DNA of 64,000 nt from a bacterium (GTDB lineage Bacteria; Cyanobacteriota; Vampirovibrionia; Gastranaerophilales; Gastranaerophilaceae), in contig JAGAXG010000038.1 of assembly GCA_017941035.1 (NCBI GenBank), positions 129 to 64,128 on the forward strand, given 5' to 3'. The position numbers and the translations under genes were made by a program. Below, piece after piece: positions 39,009-48,634 of the stretch. How positions within the stretch are numbered: position 1 is the stretch's first letter; each line of letters starts with the position of its first letter. The notes beneath the pieces were generated by a model. That model saw only the letters and a list, made by a program, of their open reading frames with translations, was not told the DNA's origin and searched no databases.

Positions 39009-39641
39009 TCAGTTGTAACTCGATACCAAACCCTGAACAATCAAAGCCCATCCGTCAACGGCTATAAATATCAATAATTTAAACGGCATAGATATAATTG
39101 TCGGGGACAGCATAAACATACCTAAGGCAAGTAAAATATTTGCAACGACCAAATCCAATATAATAAATGGTACAAATATTATAAAACTTATTTCAAAAGA
39201 AGTTTTTAATTCACTTATAATATATGCAGGAGCGACCTCCCAAACAGAAATATCATCCGGAGATTTAGGTTTTGTTTTATGCGTCATTTCTACAAAAAAT
39301 TCCAAATCCCCTTCACGGGTCTGTTTTAACATAAATTCTTTTAATGGTTTTGAGCCTTCATTTATAGCTTGAACAATATCATGATTTTTTTGATAAGGAA
39401 TAGAGCCCATTTCGTACATTTTTTGGAATGTACTACCCATTGTATAAAAAGTCAAAATCATTGAAAGACCTATAATTACCATTGCCGGAGGCACCTGCTG
39501 AGTTCCCATTGCAGTTTTTAGCATTGAAAACACAATAACAAAGCGCAAAAAACTTGTCATTGAACAAAAAACGAACGGTAACAGCGAAAATACCGACATC
39601 ATTACTAATATTTGTAATACAGGGTTAAGAGTTTGATCCAT
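39009..39641 (-). CDS. fliP: export-gate protein FliP
   Basis: FVIVFSMLKTAMGTQQVPPAMVIIGLSMILTFYTM matches the FliP signature region. Confidence 0.9.
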   Translation of the reverse strand: MDQTLNPVLQILVMMSVFSLLPFVFCSMTSFLRFVIVFSMLKTAMGTQQVPPAMVIIGLSMILTFYTMGSTFQKMYEMGSIPYQKNHDIVQAINEGSKPLKEFMLKQTREGDLEFFVEMTHKTKPKSPDDISVWEVAPAYIISELKTSFEISFIIFVPFIILDLVVANILLALGMFMLSPTIISMPFKLLIFIAVDGWALIVQGLVSSYN

Positions 39642-39650
39642 TATACTTCC

Positions 39651-40157
39651 TTACATACGATTTATTTTATTTGCCATTTCTCTCATTGTAGAAAATTCAT
39701 ATTCTTCTTTTTGCTGCTTTTGTTTTTCATAATTTTTGGAATTATAAGAACTTTTTCTTTTAAAACCTAAATTATTTTGATTTGATATAACTTCAAAATG
39801 AATTTTATCATCTTTAGTTTTTGATAATTCTTCAGCTGAACTATACTGTGGAATTTCAGTTATTACAGTATCAAAATCTTTTATATTCTTCTCTTTTTGA
39901 ATTGATTTTTCTTCTAATTTAGATATAAGAGTTGTTTTATCGACATCAGAAGCAATTAAAAATCTTTCACTTCCTGCCCTAATAATCATAAGCGATTTTC
40001 GTGGATTTATGCTCAATGTTTCTTCTACAAATAAATTTTGAGAATTTTTTATCCCTAAAGTTCCATTCATAACTTTTTTATAAACAAAAAGAGCACAAAA
40101 TATTAATCCTGACATCGCAAGTGTATAAACAGTAAAATTTATAATATAACCACCCAT
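39651..40157 (-). CDS. fliO: FliO-like single-pass membrane protein
   Basis: An N-terminal TM segment, the block SLMIIRAGSERFLIASDVDKTTLISKL, and the position immediately upstream of fliP. Confidence 0.5.
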   Translation of the reverse strand: MGGYIINFTVYTLAMSGLIFCALFVYKKVMNGTLGIKNSQNLFVEETLSINPRKSLMIIRAGSERFLIASDVDKTTLISKLEEKSIQKEKNIKDFDTVITEIPQYSSAEELSKTKDDKIHFEVISNQNNLGFKRKSSYNSKNYEKQKQQKEEYEFSTMREMANKINRM

Positions 40158-40168
40158 TATTAACCTCT

Positions 40169-41383
40169 TTATAAATTCTCATCTTCTAGTTCAAAATCAC
40201 TGTAATCAAAGTCTTCTTCGCCTTCTTCTGATTCTTTACCTTCATTGTATACTTCTTCCGAATCATTGTACTCTTCTTCATTTGCTTGCTCAGATTCATA
40301 AGATTCGTCTTCGTTCACGTTTTCATCTGATATGTCAGAGGATTGATCGCTGGAAATATTATCATTCCCAGCTATTATTTCAGTAATTTTAACGCCATAG
40401 CGATCATTTACAATTACCAACGAACCTTCCGCAATAGGCTTGCCCTCGACTTTTAATGTAACATTATTATTATATAATGATGCAATATCCACTACCAAAC
40501 CTTTTTCAATACTCTTTAAATCACCCAAACTGATTTTTACAGAATCAAGTTCCCCAATCATGTCCACTTCTATACTGTCCCATAAATTTTTACTTTCGGG
40601 CATAATATCATTTCCTCCAAAATTATTTTCATTATCAGGTACTAATAAATCCATATTCGGATTTACATTTATAGTCATTTCTTCTCCTAAAATATTTAGA
40701 GAAAGACTTTCCAAATCGCTATCTTCAAAAACAACAACATCCTCTTTTTCAAGATTTTTTAAATCATACATAGAAAAACGAGTTTTCCCTATTGTAATCT
40801 TTCCGCTAACTTCACTTTGGGTGAAATCATCTTTTGTAAATTTATCATCAGCAGACTCTATCATTTCCGGACTCAAAAGAGCAAACGGTAAGGTTACAAT
40901 AAATTTACCTGTATCTTTTACATTTTCATCAAGATCTTTTAAAATAAAAGTCAGATGTATCATGTCAAAATTTGTTCTTTTTATTTGAGTAGAATCAGGC
41001 TGATTTATATACTGTTTTAGTATATCGTACATTTCTCCGTTAAATGTCGTTATAATTTTTGCTTCCAATTCTGAAATATTATTTATATTGAATTTCTTAT
41101 TAGATTTACCTAAAATTTTACTAAGAATAATGTCCAAAACTTTTTCAGTTAACCGGAAAAACATATCATATTCTTGATCTATTTTTATTTTTGTAACAAA
41201 ACAGTATTCATCCTTTAAAAGACAATTTATATTTTTACTCAAACCAATAAACTCTAATTTAAAATTCTCAGAAAAAAAATTATCATAAGCATTCTGAACA
41301 ACAGGCGGAAATTTTTCTGAAAACCAGTTATACTGTTTATACAATTCTTTTGTAGATATTGAATCTTCAATATTTGCACTCAT
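40169..41383 (-). CDS. FliM/FliN-type switch/sorting-platform protein with a SpoA domain and an acidic C-terminal tail
   Basis: C-terminal SpoA/FliN motif SVKISLGDLKSIEKGLVVDIASLYNNNVTLKVEGKPIAEGSLVIVNDRYGVKITEI. An earlier SpoA-like segment is present (KITIGKTRFSMYDLKNLEKEDVVVFED). The last ~70 aa are D/E/S-rich. Confidence 0.7.
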   Translation of the reverse strand: MSANIEDSISTKELYKQYNWFSEKFPPVVQNAYDNFFSENFKLEFIGLSKNINCLLKDEYCFVTKIKIDQEYDMFFRLTEKVLDIILSKILGKSNKKFNINNISELEAKIITTFNGEMYDILKQYINQPDSTQIKRTNFDMIHLTFILKDLDENVKDTGKFIVTLPFALLSPEMIESADDKFTKDDFTQSEVSGKITIGKTRFSMYDLKNLEKEDVVVFEDSDLESLSLNILGEEMTINVNPNMDLLVPDNENNFGGNDIMPESKNLWDSIEVDMIGELDSVKISLGDLKSIEKGLVVDIASLYNNNVTLKVEGKPIAEGSLVIVNDRYGVKITEIIAGNDNISSDQSSDISDENVNEDESYESEQANEEEYNDSEEVYNEGKESEEGEEDFDYSDFELEDENL

Positions 41384-41632
41384 ACTACTTAATTAGAACT
41401 TTCACCATTACTTAAAACATTTAATGTTTTTAATCAGAAAGTCATATTCTCCCACTTAAAGTTTAGCAGATTTTTTTTGTTTTGGAAAATTTGTAATATA
41501 TATTAACTAAAATATGCTCAACATCTTTACTTATACTCATTGAATATACCCTACAAATAAAACTTCCTTTTCTAACGGCTTTTTTAAATCTCTTGAAATT
41601 CGCATACTAAATTATTCTGATTTTGATAAAGC

Positions 41633-41662
41633 AAAAAAAAGTTGCCATTGAATAACGGCAAC
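41633..41662 (-). terminator. candidate rho-independent terminator after pilC
   Basis: Minus strand reads GTTGCC-N10-GGCAAC followed by T8. It has a 6-bp GC-rich stem and a large loop. Confidence 0.45.
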
Positions 41663-41948
41663 ATTAAATAAACACGAGGATATTAAGAGAGAGAGTATAA
41701 AAAAAACTTGTTTTACTTAAATCCTGAATCAAAAATTTAGATTTATTTTTAATTAAATATCTTTATTTTCCCTGTTTTGAAATTTGCATTTCCCTTACAT
41801 TTATATAAACGATTTTCATGTTCAAGAATTGCCTTTTGCATTCTAATGTTGTTAACAATTCTTAAACTATTAAAGATTTTATATATTAAATATATAATGC
41901 ATATATCCTTAGGATGTAAGAAGAGGTTTTTTATCTTTACAATTCTGA

Positions 41949-43184
41949 TTACATTCCCATATAAGATGCAAATAATGGTAAATATAATGCAGAAGCAAGA
42001 GTCAATACAATCGCACCAATTACAATCAACATGACCGGTTCAATCATTTTTGTCATTACGTCTATAATTGTATCTAATGCTTTATCAATATAGCTGACTG
42101 CTTGTCCTAGCATGTCACCTAAACGACCTGATTGTTCACCCGTTGCAATCATAAACAATATCATTTTTGGAATAGTTCTTGTAGCTCTTAAAGCAGCTGA
42201 TAAATGTTGTCCCTGTTGAATCCTGACAGTTGCTTCTTCCACTTTTGTCTCTAACGTATGGTTAGTTAATGTCAAAGTCGCAAGATATAAGCATTCTAAA
42301 ATAGGGACTCCTGCATCATAGGCAACTTCCATAACCGCCATGAAATTCGCGAAATTCGAAAATTGTATCAATTTAGATACTAATGGAATTTTTAATGATA
42401 ATTCATCTATTTTCCACTTTGTTGGGCGCCACTTAAATAAAAAGGTTACTACTGAAGTTACTACTATAAAACCTAAAGGTATAGAATACCAATTCTTTTT
42501 AAGAAATATACCCATGTCCATTAACTTTTGAGTAATCCATGGCAATTGCATACCCATTGAATCAAACATTTCCTTGAACACAGGGAATACAAACACAAGC
42601 ATGACTATTACAATAAATATCGCAAGTAAAATTACAAATACTGGATACATTAAAGTACCTATAACTTTACTTCTTATAGCTGATTGTTTATTCAAAAGTT
42701 CTAACAAACGATCCAAAGTTTTTTCAAGTTCACCTGAATCTTCACCCGTTTTCACAAGTCCAATATAAACCTGCCCAAATTGATCAGGATATTTTGCAAT
42801 AGTTCCGCCTAAAGTACCACCATTCATAATCTGACGACGTAATTCAGCAGCCACTTGTCTAATTTTTAACTTCGCAGCATCATTTTCAATAAACAATAAC
42901 GACTCAATTATAGGAATACCGGCAGCAGCCAATATTTGAAGAGTTGAAGTAAAATCTATTTGTTCTCCTAAACCCAATTTCGGCATTTTTCCATCTGCAA
43001 TACCCTTTGTATTTGATTTAGATTTTTGATTTACAGCGTAATTATTTTCTTCAACTATATTAGTAACAATAAACCCGAGTTTTTTTACTTCACTTCGGGC
43101 AGAACGCATGTCAGAAGCTTCTACTTTTCCTTTTACTATTTCATTTGTTCCGTTTTTGTAAGCCGTATAATTATATATCGCCAT
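41949..43184 (-). CDS. pilC: type IV pilus/T2SS platform protein (PilC/GspF family)
   Basis: 411 aa with two GspF-type repeats (GEDSGELEKTLDRL and ATGEQSGRLGDMLGQ) and three TM regions. Confidence 0.9.
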   Translation of the reverse strand: MAIYNYTAYKNGTNEIVKGKVEASDMRSARSEVKKLGFIVTNIVEENNYAVNQKSKSNTKGIADGKMPKLGLGEQIDFTSTLQILAAAGIPIIESLLFIENDAAKLKIRQVAAELRRQIMNGGTLGGTIAKYPDQFGQVYIGLVKTGEDSGELEKTLDRLLELLNKQSAIRSKVIGTLMYPVFVILLAIFIVIVMLVFVFPVFKEMFDSMGMQLPWITQKLMDMGIFLKKNWYSIPLGFIVVTSVVTFLFKWRPTKWKIDELSLKIPLVSKLIQFSNFANFMAVMEVAYDAGVPILECLYLATLTLTNHTLETKVEEATVRIQQGQHLSAALRATRTIPKMILFMIATGEQSGRLGDMLGQAVSYIDKALDTIIDVMTKMIEPVMLIVIGAIVLTLASALYLPLFASYMGM

Positions 43185-43191
43185 AAACTAC

Positions 43192-45225
43192 CTACTCACC
43201 CGCTAAACCCAATACTCTAACAAATTCATCTATTGATGTTGAACCTTCTATTATATGCTTATAGCATGATAAATTTAAAGTCGTCATGCCATTTTTTACT
43301 GCACTTTCTTCTATTTCCAAATCATGCGCACCTTGAGCGATTAATTTCTTTATTTCCCTTGTTATAGGCATGATTTCATATACACCCATACGACCTTTAT
43401 AACCTTGGAATCCGCATCTGCTGCATCCAACAGGTTTATAAATTGTCGTATTCATCAATTTTTTTATATATTCTTCATTTTGAGTAATTTTCATTGCCTC
43501 TTCTCTTGTAGGATTATAACCCTCTTTACAATGAGGACATAGTTTTCTTACAAGACGTTGTGCAATTACACCTGACAAAGTAGAAGAAACTAAATAATCT
43601 TTTGCTCCCATTTCAATCAAACGAGTAACTGTAGCTGCAGCTGAATTCGTGTGAACTGTACTCAAAACTAAGTGACCGGTTAATGCCGCTGATATTGCGG
43701 TTTCTAATGTTTCATAATCACGGATTTCACCGACTAATATAATATCAGGGTCCTGACGCAGTATTGCTCTCATACAAGACGCAAAAGTAATACCTGCTTT
43801 TACGTTTACTTGAGATTGATTGATACCGTCCAACTTAATTTCAATAGGGTCTTCAATAGTAGTTATATTTACAGATTCATCATTTAGACTCTTTAAAATA
43901 GAATAAAGAGTCGTTGTTTTACCTGAACCGGTAGGACCTGAGGTAAGTATAATTCCATTTGGACATGATATCATTTGAGAAATTTTTTTTATATCCTCTT
44001 TGTGAGCACCATTTAATACTATCTCTTTATCTCCTGATTCTAAACTCACAGCAGGGGCTAAAATACGAATTACAACCTTTTCTTTCCCTGAAACAGGCAG
44101 CGTATTTATACGAAAATCATATGTATAATCATTATACGTTAGTGAAAAAGTTCCATCCTGCGGTCTTCTTTGTTCAGCAATATTCATTCTTGACATTACC
44201 TTAAAACGCGTAATGACAGATATCTCTGACTTCTGGGGGATATCAAGAACTTTTTGAAGCATACCGTCTTTTCTGTAACGTACAATGTAACCTTTTAAAC
44301 GTGGTTCTATATGAATATCAGAAATTTTACTATCAATAGCATTGGTTATTATCTGATTTACAAACTTTGCAACTGATCCTGTTGAATCTTGTAATTCTGC
44401 ATCAACCTGTTCCCAAAGAGTAGTTGTTTCATCAGCATCAACGTTTTCTTCTTTTATTTGTTCTATAAGTTCTTCTGTTTCTTTTTTAGCTTTTGAAAAG
44501 AATGCTTCAATCGATGACCTAAACTCATAATGAGTCATTAAAATCTGTTTAGGATTCAAACCTGTTAAATAAATTATTTGCTTTAATACATCGGCTTTTA
44601 CAGGTTTTACAGCACCTATAAGCAATGTTTTACCATCTGAAGATATAGGAATTACCGAATTCGCCTTTATAAAATCTTCAGGTAAAATTTTTATAAATTC
44701 TCTCTGAGATGACAATTGTTCTTTTGTTACAAGATCAAAACCTGTCTGATCATGAAGTGCCTCTTTCAACTCATCTAAAGAAATTAAACCCATCTCAAAA
44801 AGCATTGAACCAATAGGAACATGTTTTTTCTTTGACTCAGCCAAAGCATTTAACAATTGTACTTCTGTAATCTTGCCTTTAGCAATTAATATATCGCCTA
44901 AACGTTTATCTTTGTTAGCTTTTCTTGATTCTTCATCTACATGAGCTAATGGTGAATTTTCTAAATCTTCTTCAGAAATAAAACCTTTCATTAAATCTAA
45001 CAAATCATCAGAACCTACTAACATAAATTTAATAGGATTTTGATAATAAACTTTTAAAACCTTATTTACTTCATCTTTATTTGAATTTTTTGATACCGCA
45101 ACAAATAAAAAATTCTGCTTAATATTAATGGGGACAAATTGGTACTTCCCCATTAAACTTGAATCAATATCATCTATAATTTTTTTATCTATACTATTTT
45201 TTAGTCTTAATATTAATGCATTCAT
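43192..45225 (-). CDS. pilB: type IV pilus/T2SS assembly ATPase (PilB/GspE family) with two N-terminal T2SSE_N-type domains
   Basis: Walker A GPTGSGKTTT, Asp/His boxes, and the tetracysteine CPHC...CSRC motif. Confidence 0.92.
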   Translation of the reverse strand: MNALILRLKNSIDKKIIDDIDSSLMGKYQFVPINIKQNFLFVAVSKNSNKDEVNKVLKVYYQNPIKFMLVGSDDLLDLMKGFISEEDLENSPLAHVDEESRKANKDKRLGDILIAKGKITEVQLLNALAESKKKHVPIGSMLFEMGLISLDELKEALHDQTGFDLVTKEQLSSQREFIKILPEDFIKANSVIPISSDGKTLLIGAVKPVKADVLKQIIYLTGLNPKQILMTHYEFRSSIEAFFSKAKKETEELIEQIKEENVDADETTTLWEQVDAELQDSTGSVAKFVNQIITNAIDSKISDIHIEPRLKGYIVRYRKDGMLQKVLDIPQKSEISVITRFKVMSRMNIAEQRRPQDGTFSLTYNDYTYDFRINTLPVSGKEKVVIRILAPAVSLESGDKEIVLNGAHKEDIKKISQMISCPNGIILTSGPTGSGKTTTLYSILKSLNDESVNITTIEDPIEIKLDGINQSQVNVKAGITFASCMRAILRQDPDIILVGEIRDYETLETAISAALTGHLVLSTVHTNSAAATVTRLIEMGAKDYLVSSTLSGVIAQRLVRKLCPHCKEGYNPTREEAMKITQNEEYIKKLMNTTIYKPVGCSRCGFQGYKGRMGVYEIMPITREIKKLIAQGAHDLEIEESAVKNGMTTLNLSCYKHIIEGSTSIDEFVRVLGLAGE

Positions 45226-45235
45226 TTTTATTATC

Positions 45236-47134
45236 TTAAAGGGCTATCTCATTATCCACAGCATCTTCAGTATCTACTAATATCTGAGGAGTTAACATAA
45301 TAACCATTTCTTCTTTTGCTTTAGAAGTAGATGTACTTCTAAAGAACATACCCACTACCGGTAAATCACCTAGTAAAGGTATTTTTGAAACAGACTTAGT
45401 TTCAGATTCCTGAATCAAACCACCTATAACAAGCGTTTCACCATCCTTTATTCTAACGCCTTTTAAACTCAAACTACGTCTTGCCAACAATGTAGCTTGA
45501 ATATCACCGTTTATATCTTCTAATTTTTCACTAATAGTATTATATTCAGGTTCTATATCAAGAACAATATATCCGTCAGGACTGATAAACGGAGTTATTG
45601 TGACATTAATACCGTTATCACTTTCAATATCATAATCACGCTGAACCTGAGAAGATCCGCCACCTGTTGAATCAAGATATTGAGAAGTAACTTTTGACAC
45701 ATAATCAGAAGACAAATCAATTGTAGATTCTTGACCGCTTGTCAAAAGAACTCTTGGATTAGCAAGAACACGGCCTTTACGATTAGTTAAAATATAATTC
45801 ATTGCATAGGTTAACTGACTTGAAGAACCCCATCTTGAATATGTGTTACTATCCTTTGAGGAATCCATTGTATAACCGCTTCCGGAGAAAAATATCGGGT
45901 GTTCCGCGTATGTTCCCGTATTACCGTTTGCAGCATTGAATGAAAAATTCTTACTCAAATAAGTCCAAGTATTACTAAACGATTTCATACCATCTTCATT
46001 TAAAGAAATTATTTGAACTTCTAAATATGCTTGCGGAGATTTTTTATCATTTTGGGCAATATAATCTCTAATCATTTCGATTTGAGAACTTGAACCGCCA
46101 ATAATTTGAATAGTACCCAAAGTAGGGAAATACACTACGCTCATATTTTTAAAAGGTAAAGCTGAAATTTCTCCACCGGACATATTTTGATCAATAGAAC
46201 AAGCTAATGTACCTCCTCCAACAGCTATACCATCTCCACCGCCTGAAGAAGAACCTCCAGAAGAACTTGAACTACTTGAAGATGAATTCCTGCTTGATGA
46301 AGATGAACTTCTGCTTGAAGAACTTGAACTGCTTGATGAGGAAGCAAAACCGGTCGGTGCACCTTTTATACTTGCGGCTCCGCCAGTTGTATTACCGCTT
46401 TTTTTATTTCCATTAACGGATGGTAAAAAAGTAGAACAAACTAAATCCGCCATTTCTGCAGGTGTAACATGATTAACTTTGAATGTTGTAATTGAAGGTT
46501 TTTTATCAAATTGTTCTACTATTCTTTGAGCCAAAAGAGCGTCTGATTTAGTACCCATAATAATTAACTCATTTGTTGCCGGATTCACAGACACAACAGG
46601 TTTTGAAGAAACCCCGGGAGTTATACCTGAACCTTTCTTAAAGAAATTTGAATTCAAAAAAGTTGCAAGAGAACTTGCACTAACATATTTTACAGGGATT
46701 AAAATAAGATTTTTAGCCCCGGAAGATGAAATCTCCTCATCACCTGAGCCTATAATTAAAGTATTGGCTTGAATATCATAAGAAAGCTTCGTAGTTGAAA
46801 TTACAAGGTTTAGAGCTTTTTCTAATGTAATATTTACAAGATCCATAGTTACAGTACCACTGACCGAAGGAGAAAATATAATATTCATTCCTGCTTGATC
46901 AGCAAACATTCTCAATACTTGTTTAACATCTGCTTCTCTAAGGCTTAAATTTACGACAGAATTCGCATTGCCAATTTGCACATCAGAACCAACATCTAAT
47001 GATGTTATGCTTTGTTCTGACCTGAGCATAGGGCTATAATCAAGCCCCATAGCTAAAACTGCTGACGTATTCATAAAAAAGAACGATGTCAACATCAAAC
47101 TTGCAACTATTTTTTCTCTAATCTTATTTTTCAT
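45236..47134 (-). CDS. pilQ: secretin (PilQ/GspD family) with a Ser-rich insert
   Basis: C-terminal secretin motif VSKIPLLGDLPVVGMFFRS. The ATG at 47134 (MKNKIREKIVASLMLTSFFFMNTSAVLA signal) is preferred to the ATG at 47182. Confidence 0.85.
   Translation of the reverse strand: MKNKIREKIVASLMLTSFFFMNTSAVLAMGLDYSPMLRSEQSITSLDVGSDVQIGNANSVVNLSLREADVKQVLRMFADQAGMNIIFSPSVSGTVTMDLVNITLEKALNLVISTTKLSYDIQANTLIIGSGDEEISSSGAKNLILIPVKYVSASSLATFLNSNFFKKGSGITPGVSSKPVVSVNPATNELIIMGTKSDALLAQRIVEQFDKKPSITTFKVNHVTPAEMADLVCSTFLPSVNGNKKSGNTTGGAASIKGAPTGFASSSSSSSSSSRSSSSSSRNSSSSSSSSSGGSSSGGGDGIAVGGGTLACSIDQNMSGGEISALPFKNMSVVYFPTLGTIQIIGGSSSQIEMIRDYIAQNDKKSPQAYLEVQIISLNEDGMKSFSNTWTYLSKNFSFNAANGNTGTYAEHPIFFSGSGYTMDSSKDSNTYSRWGSSSQLTYAMNYILTNRKGRVLANPRVLLTSGQESTIDLSSDYVSKVTSQYLDSTGGGSSQVQRDYDIESDNGINVTITPFISPDGYIVLDIEPEYNTISEKLEDINGDIQATLLARRSLSLKGVRIKDGETLVIGGLIQESETKSVSKIPLLGDLPVVGMFFRSTSTSKAKEEMVIMLTPQILVDTEDAVDNEIAL
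46232..46345 (-). repeat. low-complexity Ser/Gly-coding region inside the secretin gene
   Basis: It encodes ASSSSSSSSSSRSSSSSSRNSSSSSSSSSGGSSSGGGDG using mixed AGY/TCN codons, with imperfect repeats of roughly 27 nt. Confidence 0.85.
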
Positions 47135-47162
47135 ATCTACACCCATATTACTTAGTTTAATA

Positions 47163-47927
47163 CTATCCTCGTCGTCCACCAAACCTATTTTTCAAATTGT
47201 AAATATCATTCTGGTTTTTAGAGAGTTCATCTTTGGAAAATAACTCTCCAACAGCAGCAGAATAAACATTTGACCCCATACTTACAGTAATCCAAGTAGG
47301 GTTGATTTTAACAACTTTATATTCTTGACCAATAATCTTATCCCCTATGCGAACAAGATAATCTTTTTGATCAACATTAATAATTGCCGAAGGACTTTGA
47401 GCATTATACATTATACCAACGACCTTAGTTTTGGTAATTTTTGAAGCATAAGAATTTTCACCGCCCAACTTCGTAGGAGGTACAGGCAAATTAAAACTGT
47501 AAGGACTTATATCATCAGGTTCTCTAATTGCTACATTTTGAAGTTTTTTTATCTTGGCAATTTCTGAATTGTAAGCATTAGCCTCAGCTATTGCTGAATT
47601 TCTTGCTTCATCATATGCTTGAATTTCATCAAACGGCATGAACGGATCAGCACGACCTACTGTCAAAACATCATATGATACCATTCTTCCTGAGCCTTGA
47701 GCTTCATCTTCAACATCTAATTCGACAGTTCTGGTATTCTCCGATGGAACATTAACAACTTCTCTTGAATGTCTGACAGGAGATTTTTTAGAATTTTTAT
47801 TAATCTTCTGCTCTCCACAACCGGATAACATAAAACCTGCAAGCAAAACTGATACAAGAAAGATAGAAAATTTCTTTAAATGTTTAAATTTATAAGTATT
47901 ATTCATATGATTTGTATATTTTTTCAA
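47163..47927 (-). CDS. PilP-like lipoprotein, first gene of the pilus operon
   Basis: Lipobox FMLSGC. The C-terminal block VVGIMYNAQSPSAIINVDQKDYLVRIGDKI...YKVVKINPTWITV resembles the PilP beta-domain. Confidence 0.5.
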   Translation of the reverse strand: MKKYTNHMNNTYKFKHLKKFSIFLVSVLLAGFMLSGCGEQKINKNSKKSPVRHSREVVNVPSENTRTVELDVEDEAQGSGRMVSYDVLTVGRADPFMPFDEIQAYDEARNSAIAEANAYNSEIAKIKKLQNVAIREPDDISPYSFNLPVPPTKLGGENSYASKITKTKVVGIMYNAQSPSAIINVDQKDYLVRIGDKIIGQEYKVVKINPTWITVSMGSNVYSAAVGELFSKDELSKNQNDIYNLKNRFGGRRG

Positions 47928-48154
47928 TTTTCCTACCCGTTATAAGCCCGCATTATAGTAATGTTTAACAAAATGTTAATATTCACCTTAATGTTATCAT
48001 ACCATAATCTTCATATTGTGGCAAAAAAAGCAATAATAATACTCCATTTGTAGGATAATACGCTGAAATGCTTATAATAATTGCTTTTTAAATATTTATA
48101 TTTTGTAACAGAAATAATATAAAAGAAAATTTCAATCTAATGATTGATAAAAAT

Positions 48155-48634
48155 TTATTTTTTTATAAAGAGCCGTTCTAATTTACGTACAAATCGTACT
48201 AATTTTGACTCTGAATCTGCAGTTATAGAATCTACCAAAATAGTTTTACATCCGAGTCTTTTTCCGCATAAAATATCTGTTAATGGTCTGTCACCGACAA
48301 GAACACAATCTTTCGGATTTACATTATGCTTTGCAAGAAATTGCAAAACAATACCGGTTTTTGGTTTACAAGCGTGAAACAGAACGGGAAAATGTGATAT
48401 TTCACTGACTTTTTTGATATATTCAGGGTTTTTGTTATTTGAAACAACCGCCATGAAAAATTTTTCTTTAACATTTTTTATAAATGAATATGTTTTATCT
48501 GTATAAGTCCCTGATTTAGATGCCATTAAAGTACTGTCTAAATCAAATAATATCCCTTTAATACCATCTTGATAAAGTTTATTTAAATCTATTTCATAAA
48601 TACTTTTTAAATTATAATCAGGTTTAATAAACAT
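48155..48634 (-). CDS. YqeG-family HAD-IIIA phosphatase
   Basis: DLDSTL (DxDxT) and VGDRPLTDI motifs. The ATG at 48634 (MFIKPDYNL) is preferred. Confidence 0.75.
   Translation of the reverse strand: MFIKPDYNLKSIYEIDLNKLYQDGIKGILFDLDSTLMASKSGTYTDKTYSFIKNVKEKFFMAVVSNNKNPEYIKKVSEISHFPVLFHACKPKTGIVLQFLAKHNVNPKDCVLVGDRPLTDILCGKRLGCKTILVDSITADSESKLVRFVRKLERLFIKK

Noticed and set aside
41384-41632. A sigma28 (FliA) promoter might lie upstream of the fliM/N-like gene. GCCGTTAG on the minus strand resembles the -10 element GCCGATAA.
   Set aside because: No TAAA -35 element lies at the required ~15-nt spacing. A single partial match in AT-rich DNA is not sufficient.
41777-42034. An 85-aa + strand ORF lies at the pilC 3' end.
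   Set aside because: It overlaps the pilC coding region on the opposite strand, has an Ile/Leu/Phe/Lys low-complexity translation, and has no SD.
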